A DNA stretch of 64,000 nt from Dehalococcoidia bacterium (GCA_030740155.1 JASLXV010000032.1:32001-96000); one strand, 5' to 3'; numbered from the stretch's first letter, positions 9,295 through 18,767 are shown. Program-made: numbers and translations. Notes: generated by a model not told the origin, from the letters alone.

Positions 9295-10566
9295 CTATAC
9301 CGCTCCCAACTGTTGTAGCCGGGCCATCTCTTCCGAGGAAAGGCCAAGCTCTTCCAGGTATATCTCCTCGTTGTGCTCGCCGATGAAGGGGGCTCTTTTC
9401 CCGATGTGCCAGGGGCTCTCCCCCATGCGGAAGGGCGGTCCCTGATACGAAAGCTCCGTCCCCAACTCCGGGTGCTCCAGACTGACGAAGTACTCCCGCT
9501 CCTGAAGGTGTAGGTCCGTGGATACCCCCTCCACCCCTTTGAACGGACACACCTGGATGCCCCGTCCCTGGCCCTTCTCCACCAGTTCGTCGCGTTCGTG
9601 ACGCAGGGCGAAGGCCTCGAACAGCTCATACATGTGGGCGCGCTGAACCTCGGTGAACTGGCCGCCCTCTTCGAACGGCTCGTTCCATTCGTCCCCATAT
9701 AGCTCCTGGCCTATGCCCTCGCCGGCCATCCACTCCCGTACCTCCCGGCGATCGGGCCAGTAGGTGACGTAGCAAGTGATGTACCCGTCTTTGCAGGCGA
9801 AAAGCCGCCGCTCGCTCTGGGAGCCGGGAACATAGGGGCCCGAAGGGTCCCGGCGCCCCACCAGGCCGTGGCTCCGGTAGAAGGACGGCGCGTTGATCGC
9901 CGCCCGCAACATGCTCTCCTGGGCTGAGACGTCCACGAACTGCCCTTTCCCAGTGCGCTGGCGATGAAAATGGGCCATGAGGCTGCCCACGCAGGCGTAG
10001 GAGCCGGTCAGAAGCTCGGTCACCGGCAGGCTCACCTGGACCGGGGGCAGGTCGGGGGAGCCGGTACCCTGCAGGAAACCGCTCGTGGCGCTGGTCACCA
10101 GATGCCCGCCCTTCCAGGAAGCCCGGGGCCCCTGGCTGCCGAAGGGCCTGATGGCGGTCCACACCAGGGAAGGGTTCTCCTCCTTGAGGCTCTCATAGCC
10201 GATACCCAGGCCGTCCAGATAGCCCGGCTCGAAACACTCGAGAACGAAGTGGGCCGTCTTGACCAGCCGGCGAAAGAGCTGCTGGCCCGCCGGGGACTCC
10301 AGGTCGATGGTTACGCTACGCTTGTTCACGTTGAAATGGAGCCAGAACAGGCTGCGCTCCGGGCCGGGCGAGTCGTGGTAGAAGGGCCCTCGGCGACGCA
10401 TTGGGTCGCCACCGGGAGGCTCTACCTTTATGACGTCGGCGCCCAGGCAGCCCAGCATCCTGGCGCCGAAGACGCCCAACTCGTTGGTAAGGTCCAGGAC
10501 TCGGTAGGGCCCCAGGGCGGTTTCGTCGCGCTTGACCACGCTCTCCTTCCCCACGGGAGTTTCCAT
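9295..10566 (-). CDS. Class III CoA-transferase, partner subunit (BbsE-like)
   Basis: Paralog of 6474-7733 (PVTELLTG). Confidence 0.92.
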   Translation of the reverse strand: METPVGKESVVKRDETALGPYRVLDLTNELGVFGARMLGCLGADVIKVEPPGGDPMRRRGPFYHDSPGPERSLFWLHFNVNKRSVTIDLESPAGQQLFRRLVKTAHFVLECFEPGYLDGLGIGYESLKEENPSLVWTAIRPFGSQGPRASWKGGHLVTSATSGFLQGTGSPDLPPVQVSLPVTELLTGSYACVGSLMAHFHRQRTGKGQFVDVSAQESMLRAAINAPSFYRSHGLVGRRDPSGPYVPGSQSERRLFACKDGYITCYVTYWPDRREVREWMAGEGIGQELYGDEWNEPFEEGGQFTEVQRAHMYELFEAFALRHERDELVEKGQGRGIQVCPFKGVEGVSTDLHLQEREYFVSLEHPELGTELSYQGPPFRMGESPWHIGKRAPFIGEHNEEIYLEELGLSSEEMARLQQLGAV

Positions 10567-10842
10567 CCAAACAGGAGAATCCTTTCAAACAGGGGAGTCC
10601 ATCCAAGTTTTCATAACAAACCCCTATCGCCCTTGAGCCAACCCGGATTTCGCGTCGGGCCTCTTCGAGGGTGACGGGGGGAATTCCCCTTTTCTCCCTG
10701 TACCGATGGGGGACTAAGGGGATTTTGAGCATCCTCACCAAACCGTGACCGGGGCGGCATTGGCTCTCGTCCGGCGTTGCCGCCCCAGCCAGGATCTGGC
10801 AGTACGAATATGTTGCCCGGTGAAAAAGAAGGGGGCCGAACT

Positions 10843-12126
10843 CTATACGACGGCCATCTCCTTGCGGTCGATGCACAGCTCGATGAACTCTTCGAGTTTC
10901 TCGTGCACCTCTTCCTCGTTGTAGAACTCTTCGTCCAGCATCCGCCCTTCCAGAAGGAGGCTGGGGATACCCAGCGCGTCCTCGGCCCGGTCCGCTATTA
11001 CCTGTGCCGAGCCCAGAGCCAAGGGACAACCGGATTGCTGGAAGTGAACGATGCCATCGATCTTGAAGCACTCAACCTGGTCCAGCACGAACTGGGTCCG
11101 GCGCTCGGTGTCGCCGCCCCAGGTGTTCCAGCCCATCCAGCGGGCCTCCTCCTCCAGCGGAGTCAGCTTGCGACCGAACTCCGGCTCGCCCAGACCGGGA
11201 GGGCTGTTCTTGTAGTCGGAAGAGCGGGAGGCGCCGCCGAACTCGAAGATGACCGTGGCAACGCCGCGATCCTCCAGGAACTTGAAGGGGTTGGCGTAGA
11301 AGGGCGCGCTGACCATCCAGTAGAAGCGCAGCCTCTCGTTCTCCAGGGCCCCCTTGCCGGAATCGGCCTTCACCTTCATCTCTTGGGCCAGCATCTGTGA
11401 ATACTCCACCGACCGCTCGCGGTCGGAGTGGTGGAACCGGGGCATGCGGATGACGTCCCGGCCGCTGATGGGGCAGGGGACGGTCGTCCGCAGCATGTAG
11501 GCCTCTTTCTGGTGGGCCATGAACTTCGCTTCCCACTCCTGGGCCTCGACCAGCTTGTCCATGTCGAACTTGACCCCGGGGACCTTAGCCTCGGCGAACT
11601 CGATAAGCTCCTCGAGTTGCTTCGCCATGTATTTCACGGTGTCTTCGTTGTAGTCGATTGGAATGTCAATCATGAAGTGGGGCGCCTTGTAGTGCCGGGC
11701 CACGGCGAGAACGGACAACTGGTGGGGGCTGCAGGAGAAGTTGCCGGTGGTGCAGAAGACCGGCTCCGGCAGGTCACCGTCAAACACCATGCCCATGCCC
11801 CCGATGATCCGGTCGCAGAGGCTGTCGTGGAGGCCCAAGGCCTTGGAGGTTTCGAAGTGCTTGGGGAACTCCGGCACCTCGCGGTCGGCGTCGGCGGCCA
11901 TACCTATGGTGTGGAAACCCATCGCGGTAAGGATCCGCTCGGCGCCAAGCCCGTCCAATACGGCGAAGGGCTTCCCCGCCTTCCAGGCGGCCAACTCATC
12001 CTTCCGATGGTGAATCCACATCTCGTAAAGCAGTTTGTTGCTGGCCAGCAGATTAGGATCCGGGTTCGCCTCGATCTTCTTGACCCGCCGCTCGTACTTG
12101 GCTATTTCCCTCTCGAAAAAGTTCAT
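10843..12126 (-). CDS. 2-hydroxyacyl-CoA dehydratase / benzoyl-CoA reductase-type Fe-S subunit (HgdA/BcrB/BzdO-like)
   Basis: 427 aa; three spaced Cys (SLCDR, FSCSP, SGCPL), IDGIVHF, LGIPSLLLEG, KLEEFIE C-terminus; adjacent to activator ATPases. Confidence 0.85.
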   Translation of the reverse strand: MNFFEREIAKYERRVKKIEANPDPNLLASNKLLYEMWIHHRKDELAAWKAGKPFAVLDGLGAERILTAMGFHTIGMAADADREVPEFPKHFETSKALGLHDSLCDRIIGGMGMVFDGDLPEPVFCTTGNFSCSPHQLSVLAVARHYKAPHFMIDIPIDYNEDTVKYMAKQLEELIEFAEAKVPGVKFDMDKLVEAQEWEAKFMAHQKEAYMLRTTVPCPISGRDVIRMPRFHHSDRERSVEYSQMLAQEMKVKADSGKGALENERLRFYWMVSAPFYANPFKFLEDRGVATVIFEFGGASRSSDYKNSPPGLGEPEFGRKLTPLEEEARWMGWNTWGGDTERRTQFVLDQVECFKIDGIVHFQQSGCPLALGSAQVIADRAEDALGIPSLLLEGRMLDEEFYNEEEVHEKLEEFIELCIDRKEMAVV

Positions 12127-12233
12127 CGGTTGCCCTCCCTTACAATTTAGTTGTTATGGGCCCGAAAATGGCTCTCCCAGCCCGCCCCGCCACGTCGCGC
12201 GCGCAGGCATTGGGCTGGTTGGACAGGGGCCAG

Positions 12234-13382
12234 CTAGGCATGGACCTTGAGCACCTCCAGGAATGCGCCGACCCTGGTGCGAAGCTGCCCCATGTTGGTC
12301 AACGCGTAGTCCCGCAGGATTGTCACCACCGGGATACCCGCCTGTTTCATCCGGGCCTCAAAGTAGACCACTCCATACAGGCGAGGCTGGCAATACATCT
12401 GGGGAAATTCAAGGACGCCGTCGATCCGCCAGTCGCGGGCCCAGCTTACCACCTGGTCCAACTGTTTTTCCCAGAAGTCGGCCCGGGCATTGGGCACGTC
12501 GGTCAGGTAGTGGCGGGCCAAGGCTTCCAGGGGCGGCAGGTTGGGGTCCACCTGGCCCCAGCAGGAGCCGGTACCGGTGTCCATGTCGTCCATCGCCACC
12601 ACACAGCCGGCGCTCTCGATCATCTCCATGTAGCCGGGGTGGTCCAGGTGGTCCGATGAGACCATTAGCCGCGGACGCATGCTCACGAAGGTGGCCTCTC
12701 GCTCCTTCAGGTAGGGCATCAACGCCTTCAGCTCCCGGTTGAGATCGTCGGGGGGCAGGCCGAAGGCCGCGGTGGTGATGGACAGGTACTCGGCGCCCGA
12801 TAGAGGGGGCACGTCCCGCTTGCGCAGCTCGTATAGCTCCTGGAAGAGCCTGCGGTTCTCGTTGTAGAGCCCAATCGCGTCCCCCAGGGTCTGTTCCGTT
12901 ATTTCCACTTTGAAGTGGTCTTCGATGGCCTTCCGCAGGTCCTGGAGTTCTTCCGTGAAGAAGTTGACGCTGGTGTCGATGTCTTTATGCGGGACGTGGA
13001 GGTATCGCAAGAACGGGACCTGCTTCTTGTGCTCTATCACCCCGTGCAAGCGGCGCATGTCATCGTCCTTGAAGGAGATGACGGCGCCCGCCAGGAAGTC
13101 CAGGTCTCCCGAGAACATGGACTCCAGCACGTGGGTACAGAACCCGCAGGCATTTTGAGGTCGGTACACGTCGGCCCTGGGGACGGCGGCGCGCCACGTG
13201 CCGCTGATGCGCCAGGATTGCAGGCCCCCAGCCCAAAAGAGTTCGTTAGCCATGAAGTGACAAACCGAGCCCACAATCTGCCGGCCCTGCTTTTTCAGCT
13301 CTCTCCCCCGGGCGATCCTTTCCTCTTCGCCGTTGGCCGCCAGCAGTTGCTGAAGCCTGGCCTCCATTTCAGTGTTTTGCAA
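12234..13382 (-). CDS. 2-hydroxyacyl-CoA dehydratase / benzoyl-CoA reductase-type Fe-S subunit (HgdB/BcrC/BzdN-like)
   Basis: ACGFC, IGLYNENRRL, VVAMDDMDTG, IDGVL...MYCQP, GQLRTRVGAFLE. Confidence 0.88.
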   Translation of the reverse strand: MQNTEMEARLQQLLAANGEEERIARGRELKKQGRQIVGSVCHFMANELFWAGGLQSWRISGTWRAAVPRADVYRPQNACGFCTHVLESMFSGDLDFLAGAVISFKDDDMRRLHGVIEHKKQVPFLRYLHVPHKDIDTSVNFFTEELQDLRKAIEDHFKVEITEQTLGDAIGLYNENRRLFQELYELRKRDVPPLSGAEYLSITTAAFGLPPDDLNRELKALMPYLKEREATFVSMRPRLMVSSDHLDHPGYMEMIESAGCVVAMDDMDTGTGSCWGQVDPNLPPLEALARHYLTDVPNARADFWEKQLDQVVSWARDWRIDGVLEFPQMYCQPRLYGVVYFEARMKQAGIPVVTILRDYALTNMGQLRTRVGAFLEVLKVHA

Positions 13383-13519
13383 AGTGGCACCCCTTTCTCT
13401 AGCTGAGTGCGCTACATCCTCCCGGCTCCGTGCTGGGCCCGAACCCTGGGCCCTCCCATCCCCGGAGTGGTAGAGTGGTGCAGGCGCTACCTACCCAATC
13501 CGTGGTTCGCCCGGGGTCT

Positions 13520-14365
13520 TCAGACCGGCTCTGCTCCCGCGGCCCCCATGCTTATCCCGACCGGCGCCGCCCCGACCACCGCGCCGGTCAAGGCCAGGTC
13601 TTTGGCGAAGACGGCAGCCCCAACGGCTCCGACGATTTGAGGCTCGAACGCCAACTGGGCCTTGACGCCCAGCACGGTTTCCACCCTCGATACGATGCCG
13701 ATGTTCTTAGCTACCCCGCCGCTGATGGCGAACTCTTCCTCTATTCCCCCGTTGCGGGCCAGCAGGCTCTTGATCCGCCGCACCAGGGCGTCGAAGGCCC
13801 CGGCAAGGATGGCCGAGCTTTCCACGCCCCGGCGGACCAGGCCCCACGCTTCCTGCTCGGCAAATACGGTGCAGTAGGCGCTGATCTTCACCGGTTCCGA
13901 GGTGGCGGTCAACGAGGTCGGCCCGATTTCCTCCAGAGGCATCTCCAACGCCCTGGCGACGCGCTCCAGGTATCTCCCGGTCCCCGCGGCGCACTTATCG
14001 TTCATGACAAATTTCAGGACTTGGCCCTTGTCATCACAGCTGATAGCCTTGCAGTCCTGGCCGCCCATGTCCAGAATGGTCCTCACCTCCGGGCGAAACC
14101 ACCAGGTGCCCTTGGCATGACAGGAAATCTCGGTCACGCTGGCCGAGGAGAAATCGACGTTCTCCCTACCGTAGCCGGTAGCCACGATGCTTTTCAGGTC
14201 ATTCATGTCGAGTGAGGCCGAGGCTCGGGCCTTGGCCAGGGCGTCCCGAGCGGCCTTCACGCTGTCGGGCCCGGTGGGAATGACCGCCCAAGAGACGATC
14301 TCTCCTTCGTTGAGTATCGCCGCCTTGGCGGTCAAACTGCCTACGTCGATTCCAGCAAACAACAT
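13520..14365 (-). CDS. CoA-substrate-specific enzyme activase, ASKHA ATPase (BadF/BadG/BcrA/BcrD family; BzdQ-like)
   Basis: GIDVGSLTAK, TGYGR, EISCHAKG, DMGGQDCK, MNDKCAAGTGR, CTVFAE, SGGVAKN; start at MLFAG. Confidence 0.95.
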   Translation of the reverse strand: MLFAGIDVGSLTAKAAILNEGEIVSWAVIPTGPDSVKAARDALAKARASASLDMNDLKSIVATGYGRENVDFSSASVTEISCHAKGTWWFRPEVRTILDMGGQDCKAISCDDKGQVLKFVMNDKCAAGTGRYLERVARALEMPLEEIGPTSLTATSEPVKISAYCTVFAEQEAWGLVRRGVESSAILAGAFDALVRRIKSLLARNGGIEEEFAISGGVAKNIGIVSRVETVLGVKAQLAFEPQIVGAVGAAVFAKDLALTGAVVGAAPVGISMGAAGAEPV

Positions 14366-14367
14366 AT

Positions 14368-15162
14368 CTAACTCCCCTCTGACGAAGCCCGAACTGAAGC
14401 CTGGGCGGTCACCGCGGCCCCGACGGCGCCCACGATTTCCGGGACTTCGGTGGTAAGCACGGAGAACCCGACCGTCTCCTCCAAAAACTTCTTGATGCCC
14501 TTGTTCTTGGCCACCCCGCCAACTATCACCACATCCTGCTCCATTCCGGCTTTCAACACCAGCGGGTAGAGCCGTTTGGCCATGCCGATCAGGACCCCCG
14601 CGACGATGTTCTCCTGCTTCTCGCGTTGGACGTGGATCAGGGAGATGATCTCGGACTCGGCGAAGACGGTGCAGACGTGGGCCACCTCTACCGGCGCCTC
14701 CGCGCTCAGCGCCAACTCCCCCATCTCCGCGATGTCGACGCCCAGGATGTCGCACACCACTTCCAGATACAGGCCGCTCCCCGAGGCGCACTTCTCATTC
14801 TTGGCCTGCTTCCGGACCCGGCTATCCACGCACCCGACCGCCAGGGCCTTTTGGGCGCCAATGTCCAGCACGGTTTTCGCCGAGGGAACGAAGTGCGGTA
14901 TGCCCCTGGCCAGAGCGGAGGGCTCGGGCACTTTCAGCCACCCCCCATTCACCTGCTCTCTGCCTATGCCGGTCACGCCGACGTGCTCTAGCTGATCCAA
15001 GGAGACACCGGCCTTCTGAGCCGCCTCGTTCAGCATCGATGCCGCCACGGTGGAGGCGGCATGCCTGCCCTGGTGCCCGATGGCATGGGCAATAACCCGG
15101 CCATCGTCCAGGATTATGGCTTTGGTCGTTTCCGCTCCAACATCAATTCCTGCGACTGCCAT
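14368..15162 (-). CDS. CoA-substrate-specific enzyme activase, ASKHA ATPase (BcrD/BzdP-like)
   Basis: GIDVGAETTK, TGIGR, DIGAQ, NEKCASGSG, CTVFAESEIISLIH, GGVAKN. Confidence 0.93.
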   Translation of the reverse strand: MAVAGIDVGAETTKAIILDDGRVIAHAIGHQGRHAASTVAASMLNEAAQKAGVSLDQLEHVGVTGIGREQVNGGWLKVPEPSALARGIPHFVPSAKTVLDIGAQKALAVGCVDSRVRKQAKNEKCASGSGLYLEVVCDILGVDIAEMGELALSAEAPVEVAHVCTVFAESEIISLIHVQREKQENIVAGVLIGMAKRLYPLVLKAGMEQDVVIVGGVAKNKGIKKFLEETVGFSVLTTEVPEIVGAVGAAVTAQASVRASSEGS

Positions 15163-15302
15163 AGGCCCACCTCTCCGCGTTGATTTGGGTACCATAATAC
15201 TTCGCGTGGGCGAATATTACAAATGCGAATACACATCGCTGCCGGCCGACCTTACCCAGTCTCACGACCGGGGGCGAATATTCCAACCAAGGCGACGAAC
15301 GC

Positions 15303-15331
15303 AGTATAAAGCCACAGTCAAATGCGCGCAA
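15303..15331 (-). promoter_or_regulatory. Putative sigma70 promoter of the activase/dehydratase operon
   Basis: Minus strand TTGCGC-N17-TATACT about 140 bp upstream of the first gene. Confidence 0.5.
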
Positions 15332-15483
15332 GACGTGCGAAACATCGAAAAGTGATAGGCAGCTACGCGCAAGGGCCTTATCCCTGGCTTATTAGTACGG
15401 TTTTCGTAAGCGCCCCGCCCGGGTCAGGCAATCCTGGCGGGAGGTGCGGGCAATATCGTCGGGCGGGCCGGGGTTAAGTTCCC

Positions 15484-16386
15484 TCACGGGTATATGGCCG
15501 AGCCCACCCGGTCCGTTTCCGCCCGGAACAGATGGCCGTGAACGCTGGTGACGTAAAGGGTGGTCATGCCGGGGCCGCCGAAGCAGCAGTTGGTGGGTTG
15601 CAGGCACGGTACCGGGTGGGTTTCCAGGACCCGGCCGGCCGGAGAGAAGACGTAGATCATGGGACCGGGGCCGGATCGATCCCAGCCGGCAGTGGCGATG
15701 ATATTGCCCTCCGCGTCCAGGCACATGCCGTCGATGCCCCGCTGCACCCCGGCCGAGTCCTTGCCAAAGGAATGCAGCACCAGGTAGGGGCCCAGAGTGC
15801 CGTCGTCGTTTATCGGGTAGGCCCGCAGCTCCCGGTCGATGTCAGCCCGTTCTGAGTTGCTCTCGGCCACGTACAGGGTGCGCTGGTCGCCGGACACGAG
15901 GATGCCGTTGGGCATGGTGGTGTCGAAGGTGACCCGGGTGACCAAGTAGCTGCCATCGGCCTGGGGGTCGGCCCGGAGCACCGAGCGGTGGTTCAGCACT
16001 TCGCGCTCGCTGGGGTCGATATTGACCGCGTTCCAGGGATTGGTGAACCAGATCCTTCCCCGCCGGTCAAAGGCCAGATCGTTGGGGGTGTTCAGTTTCT
16101 CGCCGTTCAGCCGGTCGGCCACTGTGGCGGTGGTCCCGTCGGGGTCGAACCGTACGATGGCGCGCCCTCCGGAGCAGCACCCGAACAATCGCCCCTGGGA
16201 ATCGTAGGCCAGCCCGTTGGTATGGTTGGTCTCGCCCCGCGACTGGGTGATCTCCCCGGTGTTAGGGTTGAGGCGCATGATGCGGTTGGCCGGAATGTGG
16301 GTAAAGTAGATGGCCTCCCCGTCCCAGACTGGGCCCTCGGTTATTCCGCCAAATGGTCTGTGGAGCAATTGGAACTGCCAGCTCAT
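15484..16386 (-). CDS. SMP-30/gluconolactonase family protein
   Basis: TEGPVW, TNGLAYD, LNTPNDL, PNGILVS, IDGMCLDAEGN, PTNCCFGG. Confidence 0.93.
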   Translation of the reverse strand: MSWQFQLLHRPFGGITEGPVWDGEAIYFTHIPANRIMRLNPNTGEITQSRGETNHTNGLAYDSQGRLFGCCSGGRAIVRFDPDGTTATVADRLNGEKLNTPNDLAFDRRGRIWFTNPWNAVNIDPSEREVLNHRSVLRADPQADGSYLVTRVTFDTTMPNGILVSGDQRTLYVAESNSERADIDRELRAYPINDDGTLGPYLVLHSFGKDSAGVQRGIDGMCLDAEGNIIATAGWDRSGPGPMIYVFSPAGRVLETHPVPCLQPTNCCFGGPGMTTLYVTSVHGHLFRAETDRVGSAIYP

Positions 16387-16639
16387 CGCGACGTCCTCCC
16401 GGCAAGATTGTTATTGTGCCCGGCCGGTGGCATCCGGAAGACCGGCCAGGGCAACGGGCCGCTCCGGCCCGGTTATTCCACCGCCATGGTGCGTGTTATA
16501 ATTCAACTGGGATGATCTTAACGTGATTTCATGTACCCGCGGGTACACCTGGGTTGCCGCCCAAGGCCACCCGGTGAAGCCAGATCCGAAGCTTGGCTAA
16601 ACCGGTTTCGCCAAACATTTACGCCAAGAAAACATTCCA

Positions 16640-17248
16640 ATGACACGCCTCATCAAAGAGATTGTGGAAGCCGCCATTCTGGCCCTTCTGGTGTTCATGG
16701 TGATCCAGAGCACCGTAAGAAACTTCAGGGTCGACGGTTCCAGCATGCACCCGACCCTGGAGGGGGGCCAGTATCTGCTGGTCAATAAGCTGGTCTATTT
16801 CCAGGTTGACCGGGAGCGCCTGTCCCGGATCATCCCCTTCTGGAAGGTGGACCGGCCCGACGGACGCTTCGCCATTCATCCACCCAAGCGGGGAGAAGTG
16901 ATCGTGTTCCATTTTCCCCAAAACCCCGCAAAAGATTTCGTCAAACGGGTAATCGCCCTTCCCGGTGAAGAGGTGTCGCTCCGGGAGGGCACAGTATACA
17001 TCAATGGAGAACCTCTGGAAGAGACGTGGCAGCCCGCCAAGGACAGATCAACGATGCCACCGGTACGGATCGCGGAAAAGGAGTACTACGTGCTGGGGGA
17101 TAACCGGAGGGCGAGCAACGATTCCCGCTCCTGGGGGGCGGTGCCGGAGGAAAACGTGGTGGGCAAAGTCTGGCTCGTCTATTGGCCCACCTCCGCAACC
17201 CAATGGCTGAACAGCACCGCTTCCGCCGTGGGTGGTCTGTTCCGGTAG
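16640..17248 (+). CDS. lepB: Signal peptidase I
   Basis: N-terminal TM segment, GSSMHPTL (Ser), FVKRVIALPG (Lys), LGDNRRASNDSR. Confidence 0.96.
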   Translation: MTRLIKEIVEAAILALLVFMVIQSTVRNFRVDGSSMHPTLEGGQYLLVNKLVYFQVDRERLSRIIPFWKVDRPDGRFAIHPPKRGEVIVFHFPQNPAKDFVKRVIALPGEEVSLREGTVYINGEPLEETWQPAKDRSTMPPVRIAEKEYYVLGDNRRASNDSRSWGAVPEENVVGKVWLVYWPTSATQWLNSTASAVGGLFR

Positions 17249-17455
17249 GCCCGCCCGGAGCGGGCGCCGCCGCAACTGACCGGCAAAATGCCACGCTCCG
17301 GGGCCTGTTGGGAGTCGCTTCCAGGTTTCCGGTGGACAGCCCCACCGGCCACCGACTATAATTACCTGCGGCGCCACATGGGATTCTAGACCCGAGGAAC
17401 GGCAGGCCCCGAATGGGTGCCGCCCTGGGTCCGGTTCTAAATGCCGCGCCGTGCT

Positions 17456-17543
17456 GGAGAGGTGCCGGAGCGGCCGAACGGGCGCGACTGGAAATCGCGT
17501 AGGGGTTAACCGCCTCTCGCGGGTTCGAATCCCGCCCTCTCCG
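17456..17543 (+). tRNA. tRNA-Ser(GGA)
   Basis: GGAGAGG/CCTCTCC acceptor stem, anticodon arm CGCGA-CTGGAAA-TCGCG, long variable arm, GGTTCGAATCC T-loop; CCA not fully encoded (CCG follows). Confidence 0.95.
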
Positions 17544-17757
17544 CCGTACCGCCTTTAACGTCTCATCCGGATTTCGAGCCCATAACCGCCCCCGGTCCCC
17601 CCGGATCCACGTCTTTGCGAAACCATCTCTAACCGTGGCTCGCCGCCGCCACCGCGTCGTGTAGTGGAATTCCAGGTCCCTTCTTCTTTCGAAAGCCTCA
17701 AGACGGCTTTGCCGGACCGGAAATCGAGGTTGCTGCCGGAAGGGAAGTCGCTCCGGG

Positions 17758-18750
17758 TCAGAGCCCCTTGGCCGGGTACAGCTCCGGATTCGCGCAGTGC
17801 TCCAGCCGCTCCCCCTTGAGCCCGGCGACCAGGTTGCGGGCGGCCACCAGGCACATCTCGCGTCGGGAGGCGATGGACGCACTCCCGATGTGAGGGGTGA
17901 TGATGATGTTGTCCAGGGTCAGCAGCGGGTCGTCGGGGGAAATCGGTTCCGGGTCGGTGACGTCCAGGGCCGCGGCCCGAATCCACCGCTCGCTGAGGGC
18001 GGTGTAGAGGGCTTTCGAGTCTACCACCGGGCCCCGGGCCATGTTGATGAGGATGGCGGTGGGCTTCATCATGCGTATTTCCCGCTCACTGATGAAATGC
18101 CGGGTTTCCGGCGTCAGCGGCACGTGCAACGAGATGAAGTCGGCCGTGCTCAGGACCGTGGGCGGATCGGCAAACACCAGGCCGTACCGCTCCTCTAGGT
18201 CTGGCTTGCGGGTGCGGGAGTAGTAGACCACCTTCATATCGAAGCCCCGGGCCCGTTTCGCCATTTCCAGGCCGATCTGGCCCAGGCCCACGATCCCCAG
18301 GGTGGAGTCGTGGACCTCGGCGCCCAACCAGTACATTGGATGAAACTGCATTTCCCAGCGGCCGGCCCGCACCCACCGGTCGGACTCGCCGATGCGGCGC
18401 GCGGCCGACAGCAGCAGCGCGAACCCAACGTCCGCCGTGGCCTTGGACAGGACCCCCGGGGTGTAGCCCACCAGGATGCGGTGCCGCGACGCCTCGACCA
18501 CGTCGATGTTGTCCAGTCCCACGGCCAGTTGGCTGATGACCTTGAGCTGGGGGGCCTGGTCCATCAATGAAGCGTCCACCCGGTCCATGATGTTGGTCAG
18601 CACTCCATCCACTTTCGATACCCGTTCGGCGAGGTCTTGCGGGCTGGGTGGAGACTCGCCGGGCCACACGTCCAACTGGGCCTCCCCGGCGATCAGCTCC
18701 AGGGCTTCCGGAAAGATCTGGCGAGTGACGAACGCCCGGAGATTGGGCAT
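17758..18750 (-). CDS. D-isomer-specific 2-hydroxyacid dehydrogenase (glyoxylate reductase/D-glycerate dehydrogenase)
   Basis: AVGLDNID, GIVGLGQIG, LINMARGPVVD, LDVTDPEP, TPHIGSA. Confidence 0.95.
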   Translation of the reverse strand: MPNLRAFVTRQIFPEALELIAGEAQLDVWPGESPPSPQDLAERVSKVDGVLTNIMDRVDASLMDQAPQLKVISQLAVGLDNIDVVEASRHRILVGYTPGVLSKATADVGFALLLSAARRIGESDRWVRAGRWEMQFHPMYWLGAEVHDSTLGIVGLGQIGLEMAKRARGFDMKVVYYSRTRKPDLEERYGLVFADPPTVLSTADFISLHVPLTPETRHFISEREIRMMKPTAILINMARGPVVDSKALYTALSERWIRAAALDVTDPEPISPDDPLLTLDNIIITPHIGSASIASRREMCLVAARNLVAGLKGERLEHCANPELYPAKGL

Positions 18751-18767
18751 GGTGGCCACCTTTCTCC

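Noticed and set aside
10843..15162. Assigning bcr, bzd or hgd gene symbols
   Set aside because: The architecture fits but substrate and clade cannot be determined without phylogeny, and downstream pathway genes are not visible.
17456..17760. tRNA-Ser as an island integration site
   Set aside because: No integrase and no duplicate of the tRNA 3' end seen in the window.
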